From Schizochytrium sp. TIO01 (Eukaryota > Protista > Bigyra: Labyrinthulomycetes): DNA of 64,000 bases. The stretch covers positions 2,785,648 to 2,849,647 of the forward strand of contig SMSO01000014.1 in the NCBI GenBank assembly GCA_004764695.1, written 5' to 3'. The position numbers were made by a program, and so were the translations under genes. The notes beneath the pieces are model-generated. The model was not told where the DNA came from. It did no database searches and was given only the letters and a program-made list of their open reading frames with translations. Position 1 is the stretch's first letter. Every line of letters starts with the position of its first letter. Shown one piece after another: positions 12,118-25,600 of the stretch.

Positions 12118-15100
12118 GAATATAATCATAGTGAGAGGAACACTTGCTTGCTTAGCTCCAAGGTCAAAGCCAACACGTGCGTCTCTAAGTGTCCATCTTG
12201 AAGGAACTTATCTTTGTCTAATTTTGGCTAGCTCTAGATTTCCATCTCCGGCACTATTCTTGCACAAATTTATCTTCCTCTTTCTGATCAAATCCAACAT
12301 TTACATGGCGTATCATTGCTCGGCCAAGATAAATCCACGTCGCGTATGCTTTGTTTGCATTCAAAAAGTCAAAAAACACTATTTTGCTTTGTTATTTTGC
12401 TTCCGACAATTACTCCAACTTTTTTGGTCATCATCAGTTAACAGCAGGCGGGTTGTATACATAGATGCATTCTACCTTCATATTTAAAGATCAAATAGCC
12501 CACTGCACACCAGGTCATGGTACTTCTTCCTGAGTTGGAGATGGTTCGGCATTTGTATTTTGTAGAGTTTATTTGTCACTGATCAAATATATGTACGTAG
12601 CGGCACTTGAAACATAAGCAGGAAGCTACTCTACCAATTTACTCAATATGCTTCCTCTTTTCGGGCACTATGTGGCAAAAAGAAATTATAAGGCAGTTGT
12701 ATTGCAACTTCCTCTCAGCCCCGAATGCTCATCGCGCAATTTTGTCTTTATTTTAGTATTCGAGAATCCCTGCATTGGCAATCCTTCCTCTTCCGCTTTA
12801 TTCTACGCATGCAACACTGCTGTTATGTCGCTGGCGTTGATTTAGGGGTCACAATGACAGCGATCCTTCCTAGTCATCATAAACACGCAAGTCCGCGTTC
12901 ATTAAGTCGGCTGTTATACTGATTCTCAATCAAATCAAGAGGTTCCCACACGTCTCTTTGATCCGCCTGCATCTCTATTGTTGTTAGCGAGAAGTATTCG
13001 AAGCCAAGCCTTCCTTGACTGACTAAGTGAGTCTATCAATTAGCACAGTCCCTCTTCGCAGCCGTACAATTCATGTATGTACTGCCTTGTGCCTACCTAG
13101 TACTGTTTCCCTGCTTGTCCGACGGCAGCAACTTTTGCCTCGCATTCCCTGACAGCAAAGGCCAGTCCTGAAGCAGGGAGGCCCGTTATTCTCGCAAACT
13201 TTCTCCGCGAACGGAAGTGAAAGGCTAGCCCCAATGTTCTGTTTCCTTTCCCCAAACCGTCTCGACGGCGCGCGGGGATCAACGTACTTTTAGAGGTCCT
13301 CCTCGGTTTCCACAACTCACACAATTCACCCCCCTTTCCTTTCTTTCGTTCAAGTAAACTCGACACCCGATAGACAAAGAGACAGCTAACGGTCGCGAGG
13401 TTTGGACGGGCCCCACTACCGAGACCGCCCACCGCAGAGAGTGAAGGAGATGCCAAAGATGTCAACGGCTGAGCTCTGACGAAGGTAACGCATGGGCTCA
13501 GCAATGAAGCCTGAGATGTTTCATCACCTTCTTCAATTCCGTTTCGTGTTCACCCCAAATTATACCTTTCCAAAGTTCCTGTCTATCGCTCTTATAATTT
13601 ATTCATCAAACAAACAATTAAATTAAATTAAAACAAATTAAGTAAATATAGAAGAAGGAAAGAATTTTTAAAAATCAGGTCTCAACTTTTTTATTTTCAA
13701 TAAATAAATAAAAACTTTGAAAGAGCAAAAAAAAGGGGAAAAAGAAAAAGGAGTAATAACAGTGCAAGTTTATCGAGAAAAAATGGTCACCCGCCGGCAC
13801 GTTGTTTGTTTCCCTCCTCTTCTACCTACGGTGCTGTGTGCGCACGTCGCGTCACCCTGACAGTGACAAACCACAGCGGATCCACCACGGTCTCATGTCC
13901 TCCTTCACCTCTATATCATCCATCCACCGCGACCTCCAAGACTCGCGTGTCCCTGAAACCAACGAGTCTCCATTTCTCGAGGTGCTGGTCGCGTCGGGTC
14001 GCGCGTGACCTGTAATGTATAACTACCGCTAATTATAACACTCGTCCAATCGCCATTTATTTATTTTTTCACCCCGGCGCTCCAACGCTGCTGGCGATGA
14101 TGGCATTCGAGAGGTTCTGCAGCCTTGCTTCGTCACTGCACCGGCCACGGCCGTGTTGCTGGATCGCCAAGGCCCTGATGGCACGCTGTAGTGGCCCTCC
14201 TCAAAATACCGTCAAACACAACAGCAGAAGCAAACTAAAGCGAGCAATAAAATGTACATATACTACGAGATGCATGCATCTTGTATGGCACGCTCGAAAT
14301 GATCGGTTCGCCGCTCCCTTCGAGACCTCGACAGGCCCTGCGTGGTCTCTCGCTCGGCCCCTTCTGGGTGGCAGCCGCTCGCCAGCCCGTCTCCGCACGC
14401 GTTCGTTTCCTTTCGGCCTCTGGAAATGTCTCGTTTCCACAGCAGCACTGAGGAATTGCGTGGAACTGCGTGGAATCGCGTAGAACCCGCGGTTCTTGGC
14501 GCCCTTTGCAGCGCCTCTGTCTGCGCGCCTGGCCTTCCGCCGCTCGACCCAGACCCTGGGATGCCGATGCGCTTGGCCTCCACGCTTGCCGGGACCTACC
14601 AGAGCTAGAGTGGGCGTTGCAGGCCGCGCTCTTGCTCCTGGACCCCGCCAGGCTCGCGACGTCTCAGCGGTCCAGGGAGACTGCTTCCAGCTCGGCGTCG
14701 GCGCTGAGTGCTGCTCTTCTCTTCTTTTCTCGCTCCAGCCGCTCACGGCCACCTCAGTGCAGCTGCTGTCCGGCGCAGCCCTTCGCCACCAGGCCGTCGA
14801 TGCAGGGTTTCAACCTGGGTCTCCAGGGTCGCCTCGAACCCCATCAACCAACCTCTTGCGCAGCATCTTCGAAGATGCTCATGCTCACGCTCATGCTCAG
14901 GCCCACGCTCAAGCTCAAGCCCCAGCCAGCAGCAGGCCCAAGCCAGGCGAGCGGCTGCTGGCTCGCGAGAAGCGAAGAAGGTCTTGGAGGCCGTGGGCTG
15001 GCTCATACCTGGCCTGGGCACGAGAGCGTGGCATATCCTCAGCGGCAGCGCGTGAGACGTTGCTGCTCTTCGCATGGACCCGCGTGTGCGTCATGCTGCG

Positions 15101-17950
15101 CTTCGAACCACTGCGCGGAGGAAGAAGCAAAGAACTAACTTCATATCAACCCACCCAGCCAGTCAATTCGCAAGTCGCCAGGTATGCGTACCCAGCTACG
15201 TGCTACCTTCCGCCCGCTCATGGCCAGGGCGCAGGAGGCTTCGCGAGAAGGTCCTGTGCTCCAAGGTCAAGCTGATGGCTTGCTTCACTTCACTTCACTT
15301 CGCTTCGCTTCGCTTTGCTTTGCTTCGCTTTGCCTTAGGCCTCGAGATTGATTGACGAGACTCCAAAGGCCTTTGGACAGCAGGAAGGCGCGAAGAAGCG
15401 GGGGGGGGGAACCGGAAACAGATGGGAAAGCTGTGCGGATGAGCAGCAGGGAACTCGAAGTTCACGGCGGCCGAAGAAAAGCAACGAAACCTTTTCCAGA
15501 GCTATTGCATTACCTTTTTTTCTGCCCTTTTGTTGGAGATAATAACTTTTGTGGAAATGATAACTCGTGTTGCAATTTTCAGGGAGGCGGTGGGTAGCGC
15601 TAAGTGGAGTTTAGGAGGTCTTAGAGGAGGGATGTGCTATTTCCAAGAATCGTCGTCATCATCATCATCCGTCGAAGAAGGTTGAAACCATCTATCGAGT
15701 GACCGAATGAGCTTCGAGGCACGGAAAGGCCTTTGGGCGAAGCTGCGGAAGAAAGAACTCGGGAGGAGCTCTTGGATTGCTCACATCTACGGAGGACAAC
15801 GAGATCCACAGCGAACAGATCGAGTTCTTCCGGAACCGCATCATTACTGTTCTGATTTTCATTGCAATTGTGCATTCATTTCTTCACTTTCATGTGTATG
15901 TATGTGTATAAGGGATTACTTTTTTTAATCTCACCTTTCCTATGTATTCCGCTATTTATGCTGAATAGAAGAAGTGTTAGTGGTACTTCTTTTTGTTTGT
16001 TTGTTTGTTTGTTTGTTTGTTTGTTTGATTTCTCTCAAAGAAAAAGAAAAAAGAAAACTCGTGCTGCTGTCTCCTTTTGACACATCGACTCTGGAAACAG
16101 CAAAGCAAGAAAGCACGATATAACGTAATTCAGGAATGCGAATGCACACGTTTATGATGTCCCTTGCGGCCGCGTTTGCGGTCTTGAAGTTCCACCCAGC
16201 AGCACCTTGTCCAGTTCCCTCCTTCTATCCCAGTGCGGTTCTGCGATTGAATTCAATTCATTCTTCTATTTCATTCATTTCAACGAAAGAATAAAAAAGA
16301 CGGAGAGCCGCCTGAAATAAACAAACAAACAATTAAACAAACAAATAAACTTACCTCGAATAGTTAATTCTTCATCGATCTGCTGAGTTATCAATTCAGG
16401 CACTCCGCCTCTGCCGTCCATTTGATGCTCTCGCCTCAGCCCAATAATGAGAACGCAGTACGAATAGACAAAGTGCCACTGGTGCTGATAAATGAGAAGA
16501 GCTCCATCCGCTAAAACCACCACAAAAGCGCCTTCCCTTCTCCTGACTTTGTTCTTCTCACCGGTATTGACTTTCCCCGACTGCAAAAGTTCCTCTCATT
16601 AGTCTATCGCAATCCTTTTCTTATGTCTTCTTTCTTTCTTTCTTTCTTTCTTATTTTCTTTCTTTTCTTCAGCTTTTCTTTCTGTACTACATATAAGAAA
16701 CACCCAAGCACAGCTTAAGTATGGGAGGGCCTTCGTTTTGATTGCCTTTTCTTTTCTTTCTCATCGAGGGTGCCGTGCTAGCGATGGTTAGCGGTCGCTT
16801 ACTGGGTGTCCCTTTCTTTCTTTCTGTCTCTTTGACCGGCAGATTGGAAACTAGGAGAGAGAGACATAGTAGGTACCATTTGGTTTAGTATTAGCATATA
16901 CTGAATGCCTTCTTCGATTTTTATAAGTTTTAATTATATTATTGTAATTATTATAAATTAGAATTTACATTTAAATTAAAAATTAATTAAATTTTAATTA
17001 ATTTAAAAGATGAGAGAGGAAAGGAAGTAATAGAAAAGGAAGAGAGAGAAACAGACAGAAACCAAACTCGAAGTCAAACTCGAAGTCAAAGCCAAGGTCG
17101 GCCCTCAACCGCGTCCACTCGCCTGTCTTCGGCAGACCTGGCGTGGGACGTCCTAGGTACCCAGGCACCAAGGCAGCTAGGTTTCCACCGGCTCCGACCT
17201 CAAACCTTGAGCGTTCCAACCTCTGGCGCTGCGAGCGGGTCTAGACGCCGCCGTTGTTGCAGCTGCTTTGAAAGTAGGTGTAGGATTATTTCACTCCGCC
17301 ATCGACTCACTCGACGATCCAAGGCACTGACCTTAAAAGCCAAAGCTGGGTCGGTTGAAGGCACGCAGATCAGCGGGTGGCTCAACAGGCACAGTCTGGC
17401 CCTGCAGCACGATCGAAACTCGGAGTGGAACCTCGGTTCCAGCGATTCTGTCAAGCGGCTCGAATACGTATTCATTCATTCATTCATTCATTCATTCTTC
17501 ATTCATTTGTTCATTTGTTTTAAACACTTCACAGACTCACACACTCGCGGAGAAAACAGTGAAAGAACAAATTACTAATTAACTAACCAGATTTAGTAAA
17601 CACCGTGGGTAGAGGTGTAAACGAACAACAACGCGGTACACCCAAAGCTTCGATACTCTCGTCGGGCAAATCAAAGTGTACCTAGGTGCCAGAAGGTTGC
17701 CTCGCTTTGCGTAAAAAAGAATCAGCCTCATTTTTACTGTACATCTTTATATACGGTGGTGGTAGGTACCTACTCGTCGAACAAATAAATACATTCGGTT
17801 GCTTGCGGGTGTGAATACTGCTCTGTGCGGGTGTGCTGTGAGCAAATCAGAAACTGGAACTAGCTCTTGCGTGGACTTGTACAACAGGGGTTCGCAGAGG
17901 CAGTTAAGAACGTAGTTCGAAAAATTAGGAACCATTCAAAAGAAGGAATT

Positions 17951-19700
17951 ATGCTGGACCCGGAGTTTGGCGTAGGGGTGTGCAGCGAATGCTGGGACTC
18001 ACTCCTCGTGGCAAGGGTTCCACATGGAGAAACTGTACGAGTCCTTGATGATGAAAACTCATACTGTTTCCACTGCGGTGCAAGCGGGTCCACATCACCC
18101 GCAATCGTACTGACCTCGAAAATGTCAGCAGCAATTAAAACCTAATTCTCCGCTCGCAGCAGCGGCAGCAGCAGCAGCAGCAGCAGCAGCGGGCTTTGCA
18201 GAGCGGAAGTTTGCAGAGCGGAAGTTTGTTGAGAGTCGTAAACGCAAGTCCGTCAAGGACACTCGTATCAAAAGCCACCGAGTGGATATCAGTTTGGATG
18301 AAGAAGAAGATGATGACGAGGACAACTGGATTAGCGACGACTCTGATGCAAGCGAAATTATGCTCGCTCCTGAGGATCAGGATGAAACAACTCTTACGAA
18401 TGTTGGCTCAGCACGTCTTGTAGATCTTCTTGCGCACGAATACGGGCTTTGGGAAATGATTATGAGCTACCTTCGCCCTGAGTCAATTGCGATGCTTTCA
18501 GTAACATGCCGGGAGGTAAGTATGCAACTCTGGGGCAAACATCTCGATCTTCTTGACATGGAGCCAAGGCGATGGTTTGGACGCACATCATTGGCACGTT
18601 GTTTTGTTTCTCGTAGTGTGCGCCGTAGATGGCTTATTCAAGGTGTTGCTCTAAACTGCCGCGACGCAAATGTTGCGGAAGTTCTCGACGTTGCACTTGA
18701 ACCTTTGGTCTTGCGATCCCTCGCTATTTGCGGCGCAGGGCAGCGAGGACTCTATGGCCTCAGCTCTTGTCGCTGGCTCACAACCTTAGACTTGAGCTTT
18801 AACACCATTGAAAACCTTGCACCCCTCACAGCGCTGCGAGATCTTCGAGAGCTCCGTCTTGAAGGTTGCGAGTCAATCGTCTCGGTGGAACCCCTCGCTT
18901 CTTGTGAAGAGCTTCGCCATCTTGTCTTGGCCGGATGTAGGCGTATTGTGAGCTTGCGAGGTCTTGAGTATTGCACACATCTGGAGGAACTTGATTTGAG
19001 TTTATGTTTTTCGCTATTCAACGATTATGTTACTGCGAATACCGAACTTCGGCAACTTCGAAGCTTGCGCCGCCTTATCATGCAAGGCTGCTCGCAGCTT
19101 TTGAGCTGCCCGGAGATGCCAATACAGCTTGAGTTCCTTGATTTGAGTTCTTGCGATCAACTTATTAATATATCAGAGATCCGTTCGTGTGCTAACAGAC
19201 TACGACAACTCTTTTTGTCTGGTTGCGATTCGCTCACAAATTTTGAGGTGTTGATGCATTTTCGCTCTGTTCAGTTTTTGGACATGAGCCATTGCTATAA
19301 TTTTTCGGATTCAGCTGTGTTGTGCAAATGTACCAAGCTTCAACGCTTGTCGCTAAATGGATGTATTAGCCTTGTGGAGGCCAATTTAAGGGGTTGTACC
19401 TCTCTTTTGTATCTAAATCTTACTGGCTGCGCAAATCTCGCTGATCTTTCGGGGCTTGGTCAGTGCCATAAGCTCTCGTATCTGGAGCTAGGCTTTTGCG
19501 CGAGTCTAAAGTCAATTACACCCCTCCTAGCGTGCAACTCGTTGGAAACTATAAATCTCACACGTTGTAGCAGTCTCAAGGAAATAACAGCGCTTGGCCA
19601 GCTTCCAGCCTTGCGGCGCCTCTGTGTTCGCTGGTGTCCACAAGTTGGCCAGGGCCAACTACATAAGTTATCGTCCAACGTTGAGGTTGTTGTGACCTAG
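17951..19700 (+). CDS. F-box/LRR protein, probably with an N-terminal ADD-like Zn finger; one +1 frame break at ~18114-18142
   Basis: ORF 18282-19700 has an F-box (LVDLLAHEYGLWEMIMSYLRPESIAMLSVTCREV) and many LxxLxLxxC repeats, and its frame is open back to TGA 18111. The upstream ORF from ATG 17951 has DPEFGVGVCSECW...DDENSYCFHCG and joins it with one extra base (TCG AAA A TGT). Confidence 0.7.
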
Positions 19701-21547
19701 ATTGGTAATCCCTATTGCGGTAAATCTTGTCTTCTCTTGACTGGCTCCGCTCATTGAACATGTCATTTATCCTGATCTCAAACCTTCTTCAACATTTCGA
19801 GAACTTTATATGTTTGTAAGTCCTCCTTTTAATGAGGGAGCATAACCTCTGTACATGCTGTTGCACTAATTTTTTGGATTGGGTTCTCTGGTCTACGTCT
19901 ACATGAACAGTATTAAAGCCTCCGTAGAGAGTATGTTGTTCTCATCCCAATGCAATTATCTCATATTGAAGCAGATTTATTTGGTGTAATTTTTCACTAT
20001 AAAAAATAGAAATAACTAAGGATGGCGGCCTGCTGTGTGCATAAGAATCCAGACTTTGAGTTAATGCTTATATACTCTGTTGATTCACGAAGATAAAATA
20101 TGTAATCATAAATTGAAATAATATAGTAAAATTGTGCACGTGTCTTATGTACGCTCTGCGTTGTACGTTGTATCAGGTAAACGTCTGAGCAGATGTTAAA
20201 CCATCTACTCTCCATGCCATGATAACTTAGGACGCTCTTAGTCACATTTTATTTAGAATTTTGCAGTGGATAACTCCAAGCAAATCTTCATTTGCAGGTG
20301 CATTCATTGCAAACATTCAGCTCGTTCAATTCCTTCATGTCTTGTCCCATCCTTCATCACGTTAGTCTCAAAAGAAGGATCCTGGCGTTTCCATAGTCGG
20401 GAGAGCCCACAGAACAATTTTTTGTTTCAAATATGTTATATAAAATAAATATAATCAAATAAACAAACAGCGCCGTAGAAAATAATAGTTTCCTGGTTAA
20501 TCTTATGAGCTGAATTGAAAAACAAGATTGACAGGAACACGAGCCGCCTTTAAAGACCCCCCTTAATTTAAACACAGGCTAATTTGACAGTAATGTAGGG
20601 TGGTCAGATGGAGTAAACCCTTTGTGGCGATGGTCAAAAAATATTTTCTCATGGGGCTGAGGGGGTGTCTTTTTTTTTTTGCATGTTGGCTCTCTTATAG
20701 TTTAGGCTATACATATTTGTTAAGATAAAATATATAAAACACAGTTTGTCGGAAGAAGCTAGAGACAAGTAAGTTTCTGCGACTGGCTAGTATTATATGT
20801 ATGGAACGAAAATGTTTATGTGAATCACTCATTCTCAACGCCACATTCTTCGCGTATGTTTTCATTAATGCTGAAGGATTTTGATGGTTGTGGGATGTTT
20901 TGAGGCTCGTCAGCTTTATCTTGGATATAAGGACCGCATGCTTATCCATTAATTTGTCCAAGCAAATTTATCTTACAAATGAAGTATTTCCAAGTTCAAT
21001 GGAAAGCTCGGATACTTTCGTGGGCTTCATGAAAGAAGACATTCACACACAAGCAGAAAGATCGTTGACTTGCAATGAAAAAATATTTATGTAAGACGTA
21101 AAATGCAACAAGAGTTTTGCTTGCGGGTTTAACTTTTATTGTTGATTTGTTTTCTTAGAGGGAGGGTACGATCGTGGTGTACGATTCTGTTGAATGAAAT
21201 ACATTCTGGAGAAAATAGGTCTCCACGAGCCTACCTTTCTGATAGTTGCGATCACACAGTCGGGCTCTGCAGGGGGGGGGGGGACAGATGTGCGCTCAGT
21301 CATGTGTGCATGGGTTCTGAAGAAAGTAATACGTAATTTGGTTTCTTTTGGATTGAATGAACGCAAAGTTTGTAAATTTGGGTCAGGGAACGAATTTATC
21401 GTCGTCGTTGTTGTTTGTAGTTGTTGACAAAGTAGTAAAAGTTGAAGATAACGATGGAGAATAATTGTCGAAATGTAGAATTGGAGAAGGAACTGAAATG
21501 GTGAGCAGCATAAAGATAAAACACGGCAGTCAAACAGCAGTTAAGCT

Positions 21548-22609
21548 TTAGTTTGAAGGCGCGTAGGCAGGCTTGTCCTTCTTCTTGTTCTTCTTCTTGG
21601 TCGCCGAAGCGCGAGCCTTGTTGGCCTCAGCAGCCGCAGAAGCAGCCTTTTGTGCAGCAGATGCGTTAGGCGTCTTCTTTTTGGATTTTGTGCGAGAGGC
21701 GATGAGCTTTTTGATATCCACATCCTCATCATCCTCATCATCGCCAGCGCTGCCCTTGGTCGGTGTCGAAGGCGGCACAGGAGATGGGGCGCTCGCGTGG
21801 AGTGCCGAAGCAGGAGAGGAGGTGGTGCTACGGTCAGGTCCTCCGTTACCGCCCTTCTTCTTCTTCTTCTTCTTCTTGGCTGAAGCGGCACCAGAAGCCC
21901 CGTTTCCGGTCTGCACGCTTAGGCCCATCTCCTTGGCCAGAAATGCGGCTGCCTCAGCAGCAGCCGCGTCGTCAACACCGTTTGTCGCACTTGCGTCGTC
22001 GCTTGCGCCGGTGGCGGCGTCCACGGCTGCCTCCGCGCTCGCGGCCTGGCGTTTGTTTTCCTCTGCAACCTCGTTCAATAATGCGTCAAGATCGTCCATT
22101 TCCTTCTGCTTGAGCTCCTTTTGCGACATTTGCGCCTTGAGAGGGGGCTTCTTAGCGTCCTCGCCGCGCTCGCTTGGCCGTGTCGAGTTGCTGTCTGAAA
22201 GGTCACCCTTATCGGCCTCAGCCTGTGCGTCTGTGTCGTCCTCGTCCTCGCTTTCTGACTCGGACTCAGAGTCGGAGTAGTCGCTGTCGTCGGTGTCTTC
22301 GTGCTCAAGGCCCTCATCCTCAGGTTTGTCGTTGATGATGGTCGGTGCCGCAGTGCGAGTAGGCGAAATGAAGCCGCCCATGTCGTCGTCGTCGCTCAGG
22401 TCTCCCCAGTTCTGGTTCAGGTCCAGGTCAGCAAGCTCCTCAAGCGTCTGTGCGGCCAATGGCTCCTCACCAGCGAGAAGGCTGTCTGCGGCAACACCGG
22501 CGTCATCAACGTTTTCAGCAGCAGCAGCGCGAGCCTTCTTCTCCTTGCGCTTGCTCTTCTTGCTGGATCCAGCATTCAAAGCCGCGAAAATGTTGTTTGA
22601 GGTCGACAT
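21548..22609 (-). CDS. Acidic/Lys-rich low-complexity conserved protein
   Basis: Likely start is ATG 22609 (MSTSNNIFAAL), just after a CAG acceptor-like site. Motifs: NIFAAL, WGDLSDDDD, SQKELKQKEMDDLDALL, poly-Lys, DVDIKKLI. Confidence 0.8.
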   Translation of the reverse strand: MSTSNNIFAALNAGSSKKSKRKEKKARAAAAENVDDAGVAADSLLAGEEPLAAQTLEELADLDLNQNWGDLSDDDDMGGFISPTRTAAPTIINDKPEDEGLEHEDTDDSDYSDSESESESEDEDDTDAQAEADKGDLSDSNSTRPSERGEDAKKPPLKAQMSQKELKQKEMDDLDALLNEVAEENKRQAASAEAAVDAATGASDDASATNGVDDAAAAEAAAFLAKEMGLSVQTGNGASGAASAKKKKKKKKGGNGGPDRSTTSSPASALHASAPSPVPPSTPTKGSAGDDEDDEDVDIKKLIASRTKSKKKTPNASAAQKAASAAAEANKARASATKKKNKKKDKPAYAPSN

Positions 22610-25600
22610 CTTATCGCTTGCTTGGTCACTGAAGATCAAGTTTCAAGGTTCGTGCTCCAAGTGTGAACTAAATGAGGATACTACGATCACAGGCGGAGAA
22701 AGAAAGCAGCAGCTAAGACGCGTGCGTACAATCTCACGTAAATCGGCGTATCTGGTGATTCGGACTTGTATGTACTAATCAAAAGAGGTTCTTATAAAAG
22801 ACCTCTTCGCGCCTCGAATCGGATCTGAATGAAAAGTCTAAGTGGTGATTTTATGCACGTCTCCGTCCAAGGAAGACTCGTGAACAACCACTTGAGTAAA
22901 GGCTTTAAAACCTTGAAGATGTCGAGTTGTTACTGATTTGAGTTTCGAATGGCTGGGCCAAGAAAGCAAGCAAAGAGCGTGAAGAGTGCGTGAAAAATGT
23001 CCAAAGAAGACCGGCCTACGCGAACAAAGCACGCACAGCAACGATCAGATCTAACGGAAGATGGCGAAACTAGCGGAGTTCTTTAACTCCTTGGTTGGTT
23101 GGTCTCGAGGTCGATCGAATCGTTCGTCTCGAGGCTCAAGAACCGGATTTGACGAGGAAGACCTCGGGTTCTATGGACCTGCTGCGTTCAGATCTCAGTC
23201 CAGCGTCCCAGGGAGAGTGCCTCGGGATATCCGGGTAGTGCTCGGTCTAGTGATCGAGCAGACTCCGAAGGGTTTGCGGAAAGCAAGAGAAAGAGAAAGA
23301 GAAGCGGAGAAAGAGAAAAGAAGGAGGAACGATTTGGAGGATTGAATGAATAGATCAATCAATCGTCTGTCCAACGCGACCTGCAAGAGCCACAAGAAAA
23401 GCTAATATACCGCGGACTACCGACGGCTTCCTTGCGAAGGTCTTTGCTCCAGCCAACTCCAACTTGAATGCGCACGGCGAACTCCGAGGCTGCCACGACT
23501 AGTGAGTCTGCGTTGCTGCCCACGACTGGCCACGCTCGCTTTGTGCGCGGTCGCGTCGCTCTAACAATTTTAGGCCCTTTTAAACCCAACCTTAAGTCTT
23601 CCTTTTCCCTTCTTGGAGCCTTCCTTTCCTTTTTCTTTTCTCACTCTTCCTCCTTTAACTACCATCATCACTGATCCAATATAATGGAAAGAGATCGTAA
23701 GCAAATGATCACTCATAAACTCCTCAATAACTAAACTTTTATTTTCAATTATACAATTATAAACATATACACCATACCATAAACATATACATAGATAGCT
23801 CACTCAGGTTGTTGTTCATTGATCGATTATGAATTATAAAAATAGTTGAAAAAAACAACCTCGCTTGCTTTGCTTCACAGTACAGAAAGGGGTAAAAGAA
23901 GAAACAACAATCGCCACCACCAAGAAGACTAAATGGGGGTGAGAGTTAGACCACCACGTATCTTGAGAACAAGACTCGAGCAGGCGGGCGGGGTTCCTCT
24001 CCTTTTCTTTAATTCCCGCTCCTTCCGCGCTTTGCAGCCTTCTGGTCTCCATGAAGAATTTACCTTTACATTTCTTTGCCGCCACCTGTGCCTTTGATTA
24101 ATTAACTATTCACTGCTTATTTGTTTGGTGTCTGAAAAATTGGCGACGAAATAATAAAAGTAAACTTTATTGCTATGGTAAACAAACATAAAAGTGTCTC
24201 TGCATAATAATATTTACTTTGCGCTTTTTCTTTATCGTCCTCCGCCATTGGCTCACCCAAAGGACCAAGGACAAGACAGGCACTCGAGGATGTCGCGGTA
24301 AGCACAATGTGAAAACGCCATGCAATCAGCAGGGCCCTGGCGCGGTGCGGTGCAGACAGAAATCTACGTGGAAAGTGGCAGCATATGGGCCAATGCCACG
24401 AGTTTGCGTGCTCTTCTGCTCTGGAAATGCCGGGTGGTGCCCCTCTTTCCATCAAAGTAACCACCCATAAAACCCAAGTTTTGCTTTTGAGGGTGCTGCT
24501 GTTTAACCCTTCAAAATGCTTGCTTGGGCGTAAGTCCTTCGAGGCGAGCAAAGCGAGAAAACAGCTGACACCAGCAGGCCAAGTGGCGAGCTCGCCCACT
24601 TCAATATCGAGCTGCCGCTCCTCGTCTTCGGGCGAGTTGACTAATTCTCGTGAGAAATCAATTAATTGCAAATGGTTGTTGCTAAAGCAAAGTGGTGCCA
24701 CCGCGTAAGAGTCCCTAACCCTTGGATAGCACTATCGCAGGCAGTCTCTCGGCGCGGGAGTGCTTTCTTTGGCTGCTTATGATGTACAATATATACAGAA
24801 TCAACAAAATTTAGGAGTATAGGACTATAAAGACAGACATAAATGGAAATGGGTAATGAGAATGGCGCGACTGATGATCGATTAGTTCTGTCTGATTGAT
24901 TAATCAGATTAATCAGTCACTCAGGGCGATGACAAGGACATGGATGGAGGATGGGGGCTTAACCATCATGTCTTCGAGCACCAACCACCTGTACTGGTGT
25001 TGTTGTTGTTGTTGTTGTGATTTTTAAGGTCGCCTTGAGGTTTGAGTGGCTGGCCAGAAGCTGACTTGCCGGCACCCGGATGGCTGGCCAAGGAGCAGAG
25101 GAAAAGCAAGGCCAAAGGAAAACCAATGTGCCTTTTTCCAATTCTCATTGGCTTTTGGTAGAGCTGCCCAGTACCACATACTAAGTTCTATCAGGAATCC
25201 CGTCTCGTACTTTGGGCTGCGATGCATGAATTTGTAAATGGCTTGCCTTTGAAAAAGAATTGGCGTTCCCCTACCTTAGCTGTTGACTCGTTCGCTCGTT
25301 CTATGGCCGCCATTTTTAATTGTTATAATATGATATGTTATGTGCTCCGTTCGTGTCGTTCCCATAGACCAAGAATGGACGAGGGTGAAACCAGAAGTGC
25401 AAAGTTTTAGCGAAACTAGACTTTAATGAAACATTCCCTATAGTAATTTGTAGGGGTATATACAGTATACTGTCGAGACAAGTGAATAATTGGGGACTCA
25501 AGTGAACTATAACGCTCCTGGTCTCGCTACCATATCGAGCCCGAAATGAATGGTCGAGACCTACCTCTTTGGTTGAGTTTGATTGGTACACTTGCTTTAC

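Noticed and set aside
14097-15355. Overlapping 100-260-aa ORFs in the GC-rich island
   Set aside because: Present in several frames on both strands, many with non-ATG starts, and with no motifs or host-like codon usage.
21573-22778. Plus-strand ORFs opposite the acidic/Lys-rich gene
   Set aside because: Antisense shadows of a low-complexity CDS.
23061-24708. 94-aa (+) and 194-aa (-) ORFs
   Set aside because: No recognisable domain, partly simple-repeat derived; cannot be supported without expression data.
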